A stretch of DNA of 64,000 bases. Origin: Octopus vulgaris (lineage: Eukaryota). Shown one piece after another: positions 52,490 through 64,000 of this stretch (position 1 is its first letter; the number at the start of each line of letters is the position of its first letter). The notes under the pieces are model-generated. The model saw only the letters and a program-made list of their open reading frames with translations. It was not told the DNA's origin and did not search any database. Where the stretch lies: NCBI GenBank assembly GCA_951406725.2, contig OX597828.1:50034001-50098000 (forward strand), given 5' to 3'. The translations under genes were made by a program, and so were the position numbers.

Positions 52490-53819
52490 AATTATTCGGA
52501 ATTGTATTAAAAAAAAATTGTATTTCGAGTTAATTGTAGATAAATTTTAACAACAAAATCTAACATGGACTCCTGTTGAGAAGTACTGGTCTGATCCATG
52601 GGAGCATGGAAATTCAAATCCAGAATGAACAAACGAATGTTGATTTCACTGAAAAAGTTCCTGTCTATTATCAGCATCAAACTAAATTAATATAAATGTT
52701 ATATTCGTTATGCAACTATAATTTATGTACCGAGTATGTTCAATAAAGGAACCCTTCTGGTTATTAAATTTTATACTCCCACTATATCAATGCAAAATCT
52801 TCTTTCATTGCTGTAATAAAATCCTTAATTTAATTCAAAACCGCTTGGCTTTCTTCCTTCAAAATTTGTTTTCTGTAAGTTTCCATTTCTAATTCTTTGT
52901 GTAACTTTAGCTTTGGAAGAATTGTACATTTGGTTCTTGTTAAATGATAGATTTTCAAATGAAATCATCATCATCATCATTTAACGTCCGCTTTCCATGC
53001 TAGCATGGGTTGGACGAATGACTGAGGGCTGGCGAACCAAGTGGCTGCACCAGGCTCCAGTCTTGATCTGGTAGAGTTTCTACAGCTGGATGCCCTTCCT
53101 AACGCCAACCACTCCGAGAGTGTAGTGGGTGCTTTTTATGTGCCACCGGCATGGGGCCAGTCAGGTGATACTGTCAATGATCTTGAATCTCTTATACATG
53201 CCACCAGCACAGGTGCCAGTGAGGTGACGCTGGTAACGATCATGCTCGAATGGTGCCTTTTACGTGCCACCGGCACGGAGGCCAGATAGCCGCTCTGGCA
53301 ACAATCACGCTTGGATGGTGCTCTTAATACCCTACTAGCACGGGTCTTGAGTGCCAGTAAGGCAACACTGGTAACGATCACGCTCGAATGGTGCCTTTTA
53401 GGTGCCATTGGTACTGAAGCCAGTTAGCCGCTCTGTCAATGGTCACACTCGTATGGTGCTCTTTGCACAACGTCTGATGTTGTTTAGGGCAACGTGAAGA
53501 TGGAGTCAGATCTTGGCAGCGGAATTTTAGTGATGCTGATTGAGAGCATCCTAAATGCGAAAGGTGGATAGGGTTAGGTAGGTGTTGTAGTGGGACTAGG
53601 GAGAAAATACATGTGGTATTGAGGGTGCTATTTTAGGAGGAAGAATATTTTGGGATGTTAAATTATGGTTGACTGAAGAAAACAGAAGTTTGATCAGGGG
53701 AAACTGATCAAAAAAATTGTGAAACGAATAGTATTTAATTGACAGCATAGGGTGAAGAGAAGTGACGATGGGATTCAGATCATCTAATATAATAACGAGA
53801 GCACTTGTTTTCATATAAT

Positions 53820-54230
53820 TGTATGGTCGGGTCGTTGGCGACTAAACCGGCAACCCCACCAAGCTTGCTTGGTGAGGAGGGTGTTTATTGGACACCCTGC
53901 AGGATAAAAGCAAAACCCGTCAAAGGGCGGAGGAACTCTTGAGAGTCAACGGCCATCCAATAAATGTCTTAAGGCTGCATCATGCGCGGAGACATAGAAA
54001 TAATCGGATTGAATACCCGATCGCGCGATTAAATCATTGGGGGTGAAGGACTCCTAGCCTTTGTTAGGGCATCCTTCTAAGAGAAGGTAATTCAGGTAAC
54101 TGGGATAACTCTGACATAAAACCTGTGGCTCAGTGGTTACCGATGATGTTGACTTGTTCTTCTTTTCGGATTATGGCTGCTGTTGCTTAGTGATTGGGAT
54201 TGACTCAGTGCACAGCCATTCCACACTTTA
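53820..54230 (+). mobile_element. RTE-like 5' UTR-derived repeat
   Basis: CTAGCCTTTG...GAGAAGG...ACTCTGACATAAAACC resembles recalled RTE 5' UTR motifs; no ORF. Confidence 0.4.
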
Positions 54231-54799
54231 AAAAAAGAGAGAAAGTAGTAATTCAGTGAAGGAGTAGTGAGAGTAATAGCCCTGACAGAGAGAGAGAGAA
54301 AGAGAAAGGAAGTGGTAAAGAGCGCGTCGTGTATCTTGTTTTTCTCAGTCACAAAATACGACTGAGAAAGGAAGGGGTGATAGATGAATGACGAAGGAAG
54401 GGGTGAAAAAGAAAAGCAGCGTTTTAACTTTGTGTGTGTATGTAAACGGGAAGTGTGTGTGTGTGCAATGGGAATGGGATGGTAAACGTTTAACGTCGAA
54501 AAGAAAAATCAAACAGCGTTTCAAATCTGTTAACGTGTGCAAAATTAAATATTAGTTACCTCCCTTTTTAATCAATGCTGTTTTTATGGTCGAAAGTTAT
54601 TTCCCTTGCACTAGTCTTTGCGTCTTGACGAAATTAGTTTTAAAAAAATAGTTGCTGCGGTTAATTTACTTTTTTCTTAATTTCCCTCCATCTTTAAACT
54701 AAGACACTAGGATCCAAGTAATAATGAATTCACTATATTTTTTATTGAAACAGTTTATTGAAATAAATGTTTTAAAACTATAGAATAAGGTAAACTCTT

Positions 54800-55650
54800 A
54801 TAAGTCGGATGTAGAGGGTTCGTTGGACACAATGTGAAACTAGTGGGATCTTTTCAGTTTGAACGGCAGCTTTTTCTAGCGGTGTCATATGAAATTGTCA
54901 CCCATAACTATGACCCTAGTATCGATCTATTGCATTTCAATCTGTTTTAGGGTTAGGGTTAGTTAGGGGTGGGGGAAGGGTATCTTTTTTTCTTCACAAA
55001 TGTAAATAAACCCAATCTGTTTCTTAAACGAGGGACATATTCATACGGCACAAAATGCTTTTTAACTCAATAGACGTCACTGATTGGTTGAAATTGCAAA
55101 AATTGAAGAAGAAAACAACAACAAATATCTTACAAACTATAGAATGTTCTCAATAAAGCCAAAAGAAAAAGATGTTTTATAAACACATTCTACCAGTATA
55201 CGAAGTTTAAAAGTGTTTAGTTACCTAGAAACTATGTTAAAAACTGCCGTTCAAACCGAAAAGATCCAACGACTGTTGTAATCGTTAGGCCAAATTCATC
55301 GTAAGGTAAATACCACCATGACCGATATCCAAACTACAGTGGAGAAGGCTAGCCACTGGATTTGGTTAAAAAGAGACGATGAGCGACGGCTACAGAAATA
55401 TTGAGCTATATTTAATAACCAGTTGATCTAGCAAGCGGGGCCTCATATCAGTGAGGCATGGGGCGGGGGTAGCCGGTGCGCATTGATGCCGTCGAGAGGT
55501 TGGCCCCCGAAACGGCGCGCATTCTCTCCTGATGACCCCATACACTTGCTGGATTCCGGTATGCAGAGTTCTCGACTGGGGTAGCACTTGTATGTGCAAG
55601 TTGTTTGCAAGACATTTTTACAGTGGCCGAACAGACAGGTAAACGATACA
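54800..55650 (+). mobile_element. Hero-type RLE retrotransposon 3' end, interrupted by a Merlin-like MITE
   Basis: VGCRGFVG (RLE motif) before the MITE; VEKASHWIWLKRDD C-terminus after it; GC-rich 3' UTR. Confidence 0.65.
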
Positions 55651-58600
55651 TGTCAACAGCTTACGAAATCAAATACGAGAGGCTAAAGTAATTCTTGTGA
55701 ATGAATAGTCGAGAGAATCCTGCCTTAAAGGTACATGTAGATTAAATAATATAGCCAATCATAGTATTTGGATAATTAAACGATTTCCTATGCGATTGCT
55801 TGCTTACTCATGGCACAGAATGCGCATGATTAAAAGTACAATGTGACTTTATAATAGATAAAAGTCACCAGGATGGAATAGAAGAGTAGAAAAGTAAATT
55901 AAATATTGATATTCTACGGGGCGAAGAAGTAAAATAACCTAGTCGGCAGCAGTTAACTCTTCTTATTTCTTTACTGTCCACAAGGAGCTAAACCTTGAAG
56001 GGACAGATAAACGGATTAAGTCGATTACATCGGCTCCAGTGCGTAACTGGTACTTAATTTATCGATCCCGAAAGGATGAAAGGCAAAGTCGATCTCGGTG
56101 GAATTTGAACTCAGAACGTAACGGCAGACGAAATACCTATTTCTTTACTACCCACAAGGGGATAAACACAGAGGGGACAAACAAGGACAGACAAACGGAT
56201 TAAGTCGATTATATCGACCCCAGTGCGTAACTGGTACTTATTTAATCGACCCCGAAAGGATGAAAGGCAAAGTCGACCTCGGCGGAATTTGAATGTAGTG
56301 GCAGACGAAATATCGCAATGCGTTTCGCCCGGCGTGCTAACGTTTCTGCCAACTCGCCGCCTTAACTCTTCTTGAAAAATCAGTTGTATAGCTTGTACGA
56401 GGGATTGCCGAAAAGTTCTTGTCTTTAAGGATGTCGCGAAAGGCCAGGTTAGAGACCTACCTTCCGAGTTCTTTTACAGAACTAAAATGAAAAAACCCAA
56501 AAAACCCGAAGGACCTCTGCAATAACTACGTGAACCTGAGAAGGAAATATGTTGAATAAAATAACGATTAACTGACCCTCCTGTTTTTTCTTTTACCCCA
56601 AACCAGGAACTTTTCAGCACCAATTCCTATGAATAATTAAACACAACAATTAGTGAAGAAACCCAACTGAAAATACTCGAATTCTTCAAACACAAAATAT
56701 CTGCTTTAAATATTAGATTAAACAAGGTATGGTATGCGAAAGAAACAGTTCGCTTAAGGCTGCATCTTTGAAAATCAGCAGAAAGTGTACTGGGTAATAC
56801 GCAGTGAGGAGTAGACGAAATACCAAAGAAAATGTTAGGGACTTTTTCGAAACTCATTTTTGAGAACGAAGCCAGGAACAATAATTGGTCAGAATACGTG
56901 TTTGAGGCTTGTCTTAGATTTGGTAAATGGGGAAGTTCTGATATTGACGTTTTATAGCGTTTTAAACTTTTGATGGTCTGCTGTTTGAAATTACTGCACT
57001 GTCAGGTAGCGTTCATGTTTAGAATCCTCTTAAACATCCAGGACAAGGTACCTAGTTAGTTCCTTATTGGTGGAAGCACTCCGTCGGTTACGACGATGAG
57101 GGTTCCGGTTGATCCGAATCAACGGAACAGCCTACACAGACAAGTGTACCCTTAACGTAGTTCTCGGGGATATTCAGCGTGACACAGAGAATGACAAGGC
57201 CGGCCCTTTGAAATACAGGTACAACAGAAACAGGAAGTAAGAGTGAGAGAACGTTGTGGTGAAAGAGTACAGCAGGGATCACCACCATCCCCTGCCGGAG
57301 CCTCGTGGAGCTTTAGGTGTTTTCGCTCAATAAACACTCACAACGCCTGGTCTGGGAATCGAAATCGCGAGTCCGCTGCCCTAACCACTGGGCCATTGCG
57401 CCTCCTTCCTTATTGGTAGAACAGCAATGATTCCCAAGGAAATATTTTGGGTTAACCCATTTAACGACTACCCCAACATTGTCTGCTAGAAATCTGTAGA
57501 CTTTTCTCGAAAATATTCTATTACACAGTTGAACGTTTACCAGAAACCAATGACAAATGCGATATGATTTCTTTCGAACAGAATGGGTGTATGATTAACC
57601 CCTACAAATGTAACTACTGTTGCTGCTGAGACCCCTTCGGTCATGACTGACCATGGGATTGCACCTAGAAAATTACCCTCCTAGGCACAAGTCCGGGCAA
57701 GGTTGTTTATGGAAGACCAGCAGTCGCCCATGCATACCAGCCTCCCCTCTCCACGCCACCGATGTTGCCCAAGGGAAAGGCAAAGGCCGATACAGCTTGG
57801 CACCTATGACGTCGCAACTCATTTCTACGGCTGAGTGAACTTGTCTTGCTCAAGACAAGAGCACAACACGCAGGGATTCGAACTCACAACCTCCCGATCG
57901 TAAGCTCGACGCTCTAACCACTGAGCCATGCGCCTTCTCAATGTAACTACTAGCTTCTTGTGAATAAAATAGTAATGGATATGTGACATGACACAAGAAG
58001 AACCTGGATCACATGCCTAGAACGATTACAAGAAGGTCTTGCTTTGGTCACCAATGGAAGAACATCAGTTTGACGATATCATGGCGAAGTTAAGTGAAGC
58101 AATAATGAAAAAGTGGTGGATAGTTCTTACGGTCGTCAACAAAACTGTAACTAAGTTTGAGCCACACGGATATCTACTGGAATATTCTAAGAGCACAATA
58201 TTTTTGGCATCTTTTCATTTTTAATTTAAGTTAGCTAATAAAAACAATGGGATCTTTTCGGTTTGAACGGCAGTTTTTTTCTAGCGGTGTCATATGAAAT
58301 TGTCACCCATAGTTATAACCCTAGTATCGATCTATTGCATTTCAATCTGTTTTAGGGTTAGGGGTGGGGAAAGGGTATCTTTTTTTCTTCAGAAATGTAA
58401 ATAAACCCAATCTGTTTCTTAAACGAGGGACATATTCATACGGCACAGAATGTTTTTTTTAACCTCATATTGACGTCATTGATTGGTTGAAATTGCAGAA
58501 ATTGCAGAAAAAACAACAAATATCTTACAAACAATAGAATTTTCTCAATAAAGCTAAGAAAAAAAGATGTTTTATAAACGCATTCTACCAGTATACGAAG

Positions 58601-59857
58601 TTTAAAAGTGTTTAGTTACGTGGAAATTATTTTTAAAAACTGCCGTTCAAACCGAAAGATCCAAAGCAATAGAAAAATAAAAACGAACATTGGATACTAC
58701 ATAGGGAAAGGAAGATTAATTTCACTGACCATCCTAAAATTCTATGCTGCGAATGGTCTCCAGTTTTAGATTCGCCTCAGTATTGTGAAGGAGTTTAGCA
58801 ACTGATGGTCTCCAATTGTAGATTCTGCTTAGGAGTGTAAAGTAGTTTAGCGATGACATTAATGTCTTCTTTGGAATGGAAAATTGCTAGAAACTGATAA
58901 TAAAACAAACCCGAATAATCAACTGAGTGGTTGATTTGTGATTCAAGAGAAGGGAGATAATACAGCAGTTGGATAATTCTGCGCTCTTCAGATATTTGGC
59001 TTTACATGAGAAAAGTGAAGTTGTGTGTGAAAGTAGTACGAATGAAAGTGTGAAATTAATATTTTGGTACAGTAAAAAAAATAACAAGAAGAAAAAAAAG
59101 CTCAAAATAAGCAAACAAATAAACAAGCAAAAATCTGCATCATTGAAACGTTTTTACTGATTGCAGTAATTAGACAGCACTGTAGAAGTATAATCCGTAT
59201 AATCCGCATCCCCCCCCCCCAAATTTCGAGATCAAAATCCCTAGTGCGTACTATATACGAGGTTAAAAATGAAAAAAATATTTTCTAAGCAATGTCCGAG
59301 TCTCTATTTGCTGTCCGGCAATGTTTATTCAGACGCATTTTATGATGCCGGGCGCGAAAATACCTTCAGCTAAGCCTGAAAGCAATGAAGTCATAAAAGA
59401 ATCATCCATAACTTGTGGTAAGTAACATTTATTAAAATAAAAGTATTTAGAACACAGAATAACATGTAACAAAAACAATTTGCAAACATATTTACATTCC
59501 CTTATAACTGTTAAGAACATTACCATTATTGTAATGCGCATGCGCGGATGTGTTTCTTCGACTAGGTGCTGCTGGCTTAATTATGCACGACTCAAGTTAG
59601 AGAAGGGGTGCGTATTAAACACGAGGTTTAGGTTTTTCAGAAGTACCTCCCACTAAAAATCCCCTGCGTATTATATTCAAGGGCGAGCTATACTCGAGGA
59701 TTTACGGTACTTAAATAACCATTTGTGTTTCATATTTAATGTGTATGCACCACTTAAAGACATGATGCTGTAGCATGTTACCCATGAAAACAATGTTTTG
59801 TAGTTCTGGTACTTTTGTTTTCCTGGCATTAACCATAGTACTTAAGACCCCAAAGAA

Positions 59858-60456
59858 GGCAGCGAGCTGGCAGACAGTTAGCATGCCGGGCGAAATGCTT
59901 TGTGGTATTACGTCTGCCGTTACGTTCTGAGTTCAAATTCCGCCGAGGTCGACTTTGCCTTTCATCCTTTCGGGGTCGATTAAATAAGTACCAGTTACGC
60001 ACTGGGGTCGATATAATCGACTTAATCCGTTTGTCTGTCCTTGTTTGTCTCCTCTGTGTTTAGCCCCTTGTGGGTAGTAAAGAAATAGGTATTTCGTCTG
60101 CCGTTACGTTCTGAGTTCAAATTCCGCCGAGGTCGACTTTGCCTTTCATCCTTTCGGGGTCGATTAAATAAGTACCAGTTACGCTCTTGGGTCGATATAA
60201 TCGACTTAATCCGTTTGTCTGTCCTTGTTTGTCTCCTCTGTGTTTAGCCCCTTGTGGGTAGTAAAGAAATAGGTATTTCGTCTGCCGTTACATTCTGAGT
60301 TCAAATTCCGCCGAGGTCGACTTTGCCTTTCATCCTTTCAGGGTCGATTAAATAAGTACAAGTTACACACTGGGGTCAATATAATCGACTTAATCCCTTT
60401 GTCTGTCCTTGTTTGTTCCCTCTATGTTTAGCCCCTTGTGGACAGTAAAGAAATAA
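59858..60456 (+). repeat. Head-to-tail SINE B trimer, 184-bp period
   Basis: One head, then units starting at 59904, 60088 and 60272. Confidence 0.9.
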
Positions 60457-62414
60457 GAATTGTTAGTACGCCGCACAAAATGATTAGCGGCATTTCGTTC
60501 GTCTTTACATTCTTAGTTCAAATTCTGCCGAGGTCGGCTTCGTGTTTCATCCTATTGGGGTCGATGAAATAAGTACCAGTTGAGCACTGGGGTTGATGTA
60601 ATCGACTTAGCCCCCTACCCTGAACTTGTTGGCCTTACAAGTTGAAATCAATATTATTCCCAAAGTGCCGATGATCACATGTACACCTGTTCTTAGATGC
60701 TACATTTTTGAGACCTCTATCTCGAAGTGCTTGTATTTACTTAACTTTCCAAACGTCTTCACAGAGGTGTTGCAGGTTCTAAAAATCAGAAAATTACAAT
60801 AGGAGCACCGTTAAAAGTAGTAGTAGTTGGAGCACTCCGTCGGTTGCGACGATGAGGGTCCCAGCTAATACAATCAACGGAACAGCTTGCTCGTGATATT
60901 AACGTGCAAGTGGCTGAGCACTCCACAGACACGTGTACCCTTAACGTAGTTCTCGAGGAGATTCAGCGTGACACAGAGTGTGACAAGGCTGGCCCTTTGA
61001 AATACAGGTACAAGAGAAACAGGAAGAAAGAGCGAGAGAAAGTTGTGGTGAAAGAGTACAGCAGGGATCACCACCATCCCCTGCCGGAGCCTCGTGGAGC
61101 TTTAGACGTTTTCGCTCAATAAACACTCACAACGCCCAGTCTGGGAATCGAAACCGCGATCCTCCGACCGCGAGTCCGCTGCCCTAACCACTGGGCCATT
61201 GCGCTTCCACTACCGTTAAAAGTATTTAGGGGTAGACAAAACCGATAAGATACAATACCCAGGGATTTAAAAAAAAGGGTGCATAATAGGCGTAGGTGTG
61301 GCTGTGTGGTAAGAAGTTTGCTTCCCAATCACATGGTTCTGGATTCAGCCCCACTTCGTAGCACCTTGGCCAAGTGTCTTCTACTATAGTCCCAGGCCGA
61401 CCAAAGCCTTGTAAATGGATTTGTTAGACAGAAAGAAGCCCTTCATAATAGATACACACACACACACACACAGACGCACGCATACACACACTGCAGTCGA
61501 TGTCATAGACTTAAACCTTCCTAGAACTTGCTGGCTTTGTGCCAAAATTTGAAACCAATATTACTTCTTTAGAATATAAGGGAGGCCACTAAATACCACA
61601 AAAACAGGCCGATGTTCTACCGACTAATATTAAAACAAAACGTGGAGGCACAATGGCCCAGTGGTTAGGGCAGCGGACTCGCGGTCATAGGATCGCGGTT
61701 TCGATTCCCAGACCGGGCGTTGTGAGTGTTTATTGAGCGAAAACACCTAAAGCTCCTCGAGGCTCCGGCAGGGGATGGTGGTGATCCCTGCTGTACTCTT
61801 TCACCACAACTTTCTCTCACTCTTACTTCCTGTTTCTGTTGTACCCGTATTTCAAAGGGCCGGCCTTGTCACTCTCTGTGTCACGCTGAATATCCCCGAG
61901 AACTACGTTAAGGGTGCACGTGTCTGTGGAGTGCTCAGCCACTTACACGTTAATTTCACGAGCAGGCTGTTCCGTTGATTCGGATCAACCGGAACCCTCG
62001 TCGTCGTAACCGACGGAGTGCTTCCATCCCCATTAAAACAAAACAAAACAAACAAAAAGAAAAACGAACTATATTCCAGAAATAAGATGATAGGGATAAA
62101 TACACTAATTATCTCAGTCATAAAGTGCAGCTTCGGTATAATGTATTAGAGGTTTGAGGAACCCCTAACTGAGGTGGAAAATGGAAATAGCAGCTAGGTC
62201 CTGCGATTATACCCTTTTACTCTTTTACTTGTTTCAGTCATTTGACTGCGGCCATGCTGGAGCACCGCCTTTAATCGAGCAACTCAACTTATTCTTTTTG
62301 TAAGCCCAGTACTTATTTTATCGGTCTCTTTTGCCGAACCGCTAAGTTACGGGGACATAAGCACACCAGCATCGGTTGTCAAGCAATGCTAGGGGGACAA
62401 ACACAGACACACAA

Positions 62415-62451
<37 letters not shown>

Positions 62452-63796
62452 CGACGGGCTTCTTTCAGCTTCCGTCTACCAAATCCACTCACAAAGCTTT
62501 GGTCGGCCCGAGGCTATAGTAGAAGACACTTGCTTAAGGTGCTACGCAGTGGGACTGAACCCGGAACTATGTGGTTGGTAAACAAGCTACTTACCACACA
62601 GTCACTCCTACGCCTTGTTTCTAAGTGGAAGAGGTTCTTTAACCTTTAACACACTGGATTTTCTCTAGAATCGTTTCCTTTACTTCAGGGGAGAGAACTC
62701 ATACGATGACATAATGCGCCTACAGATATTTGTTTTCATGCCTGTATTTTGATACCATCCCTTAACTTCTCTTGTGTCTCCTGAAAGGTGGTGTCAATGG
62801 CTTAACACTACCACTAGACATGTTGTCTGCCTCTAGTTAAGTCGAATATGCTGCAAACATTCCAGCAAAGTTTGTAGTTTGAGGATACTTTTCTTTCCCG
62901 CCCTTCAGCCAACATCAGAGGCCCTGTAAAAGGTCAAGTCGTTGACCTCTCTCTTGACTAAATGCATGAGATCTAAAATATCTACTAATTCAATAATTTT
63001 TGATGTCTTATTACCAGGATCGAAAATATCCTCTTCAAATATAATGATTTTTTCCTTTTAATAAACTTGCATTAATTATATCAGTTATTAATATCTCATA
63101 CAGTTATTAATCTTTTATACAGCAACGACTTAATTTTCACTTTCTTGTGCATTTGAAAACATCATTTTATTCTAGTACATTAATTTTATTTTCAAATGAA
63201 TCAAACGAATTTTTTAATTGTATACGAAAAATTAATTACAAGTTCGGAAGATTAGTGAAGTCTATGTGTTGTAAGGAGTGTAGAATATGGCATTTCGTCG
63301 CTCTGGTTCTGTGTCTGAGAATAAGGAAACACGGTCGGAATCACTGAGACAGCGAAGTGTGCTTGATGATGTGAGAGGCGAGAAGTTAATGAAGTGTAAG
63401 GAGCAAAGGAAAAAGGCCAAATATTTAAACAGAAGGATCACTCAATACTTTTAGTAGAGTAAATTTTATTAAACTTTTATATGGAGAAAGTTGCCAGTGA
63501 CTTTGAAGTACTGACTAGCTCAGAGTTAATTCATGTATATATAAATAAATAATAAATGCACCCTTTTAAAGCATAGCCAGGCTCATGGGCCCGGTTTCTC
63601 GGTTTATATGGAGTATGTGTTCTCGCAGCGTTACTCACTTTTGCCAGCTGAGTGAACTGGAGGAACGTGAAATGAAGTGTTTTGCCCAAGAACACAACGC
63701 GTCGCCCGGTCCAGGAATCGAAACCACAATCTTACGATCATGGTGCTGACACCCAAACCACTAAGCCACGCTCCTCCACCATATATATATATATAT

Positions 63797-64000
63797 AATT
63801 TCGCCAATCTCTTTCTTGGCTACATTGAGGCCCAAGTGTTCTCCCAGTTCTCTGGGCCGACCCCCGAACTATACGGTCGCTATATCGACGACTGTGTAGG
63901 TGCCACCTCCCTTTCCCGGGAACTTCTCGGCCAATTCATCTCTTTCCTTTCCAACTTTCACCCCTCTCTTCAATTCACCTCCACCATCTCCAACACCTCT
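63797..64000 (+). mobile_element. Penelope-like element RT fragment (runs off the window)
   Basis: Open frame NFANLFLGYIEAQVFSQFSGPTPELYGRYIDDCVGATS...NFHPSLQFT with the YIDD catalytic motif; starts at a (TA)n run. Confidence 0.85.

Noticed and set aside
53138-53465. CRISPR-like repeat/spacer pattern
   Set aside because: The variable parts are homologous to each other, the array is the 3' UTR of a dispersed RTE LINE, there are no cas genes, and the context is eukaryotic.
54947-54975. Interstitial telomere or chromosome fusion scar
   Set aside because: Only 3-4 units, located inside a repeated MITE.
55505-55585. Hammerhead ribozyme (CGAAAC...CTGATGA)
   Set aside because: Stem II and stem III pairings cannot be formed in any topology; the sequence is a Hero 3' UTR.

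Overview
AT-rich, repeat-dense metazoan genomic DNA. The SINE/LINE repertoire resembles Octopus (inference from recalled repeat families, not a search). There are two host genes arranged head-to-head: LYAR, with an intronless CDS (20508-21581, -), and METTL6, a five-coding-exon tRNA m3C methyltransferase (25194-30943, +, 273 aa). Most of the rest is transposon-derived: three tRNA-headed SINE families, a Nin/Deu-type SINE, RTE, CR1, Tx1/L1, Hero and Penelope retroelement fragments, mariner/maT relics, Merlin-, piggyBac- and pogo-like MITEs, and a Helitron. A 3.84-kb duplication around a 100-N gap (30388-34228 / 34329-38170) is almost certainly an assembly overlap. The most notable structure is a ~16.3-kb insertion (36153-52453). 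It splits one SINE head, is bounded by an exact 14-bp direct repeat (TAAGCAAGCTACTT), and consists of fragments of four LINE clades joined end to end, all on the minus strand, i.e. antisense to METTL6 read-through.
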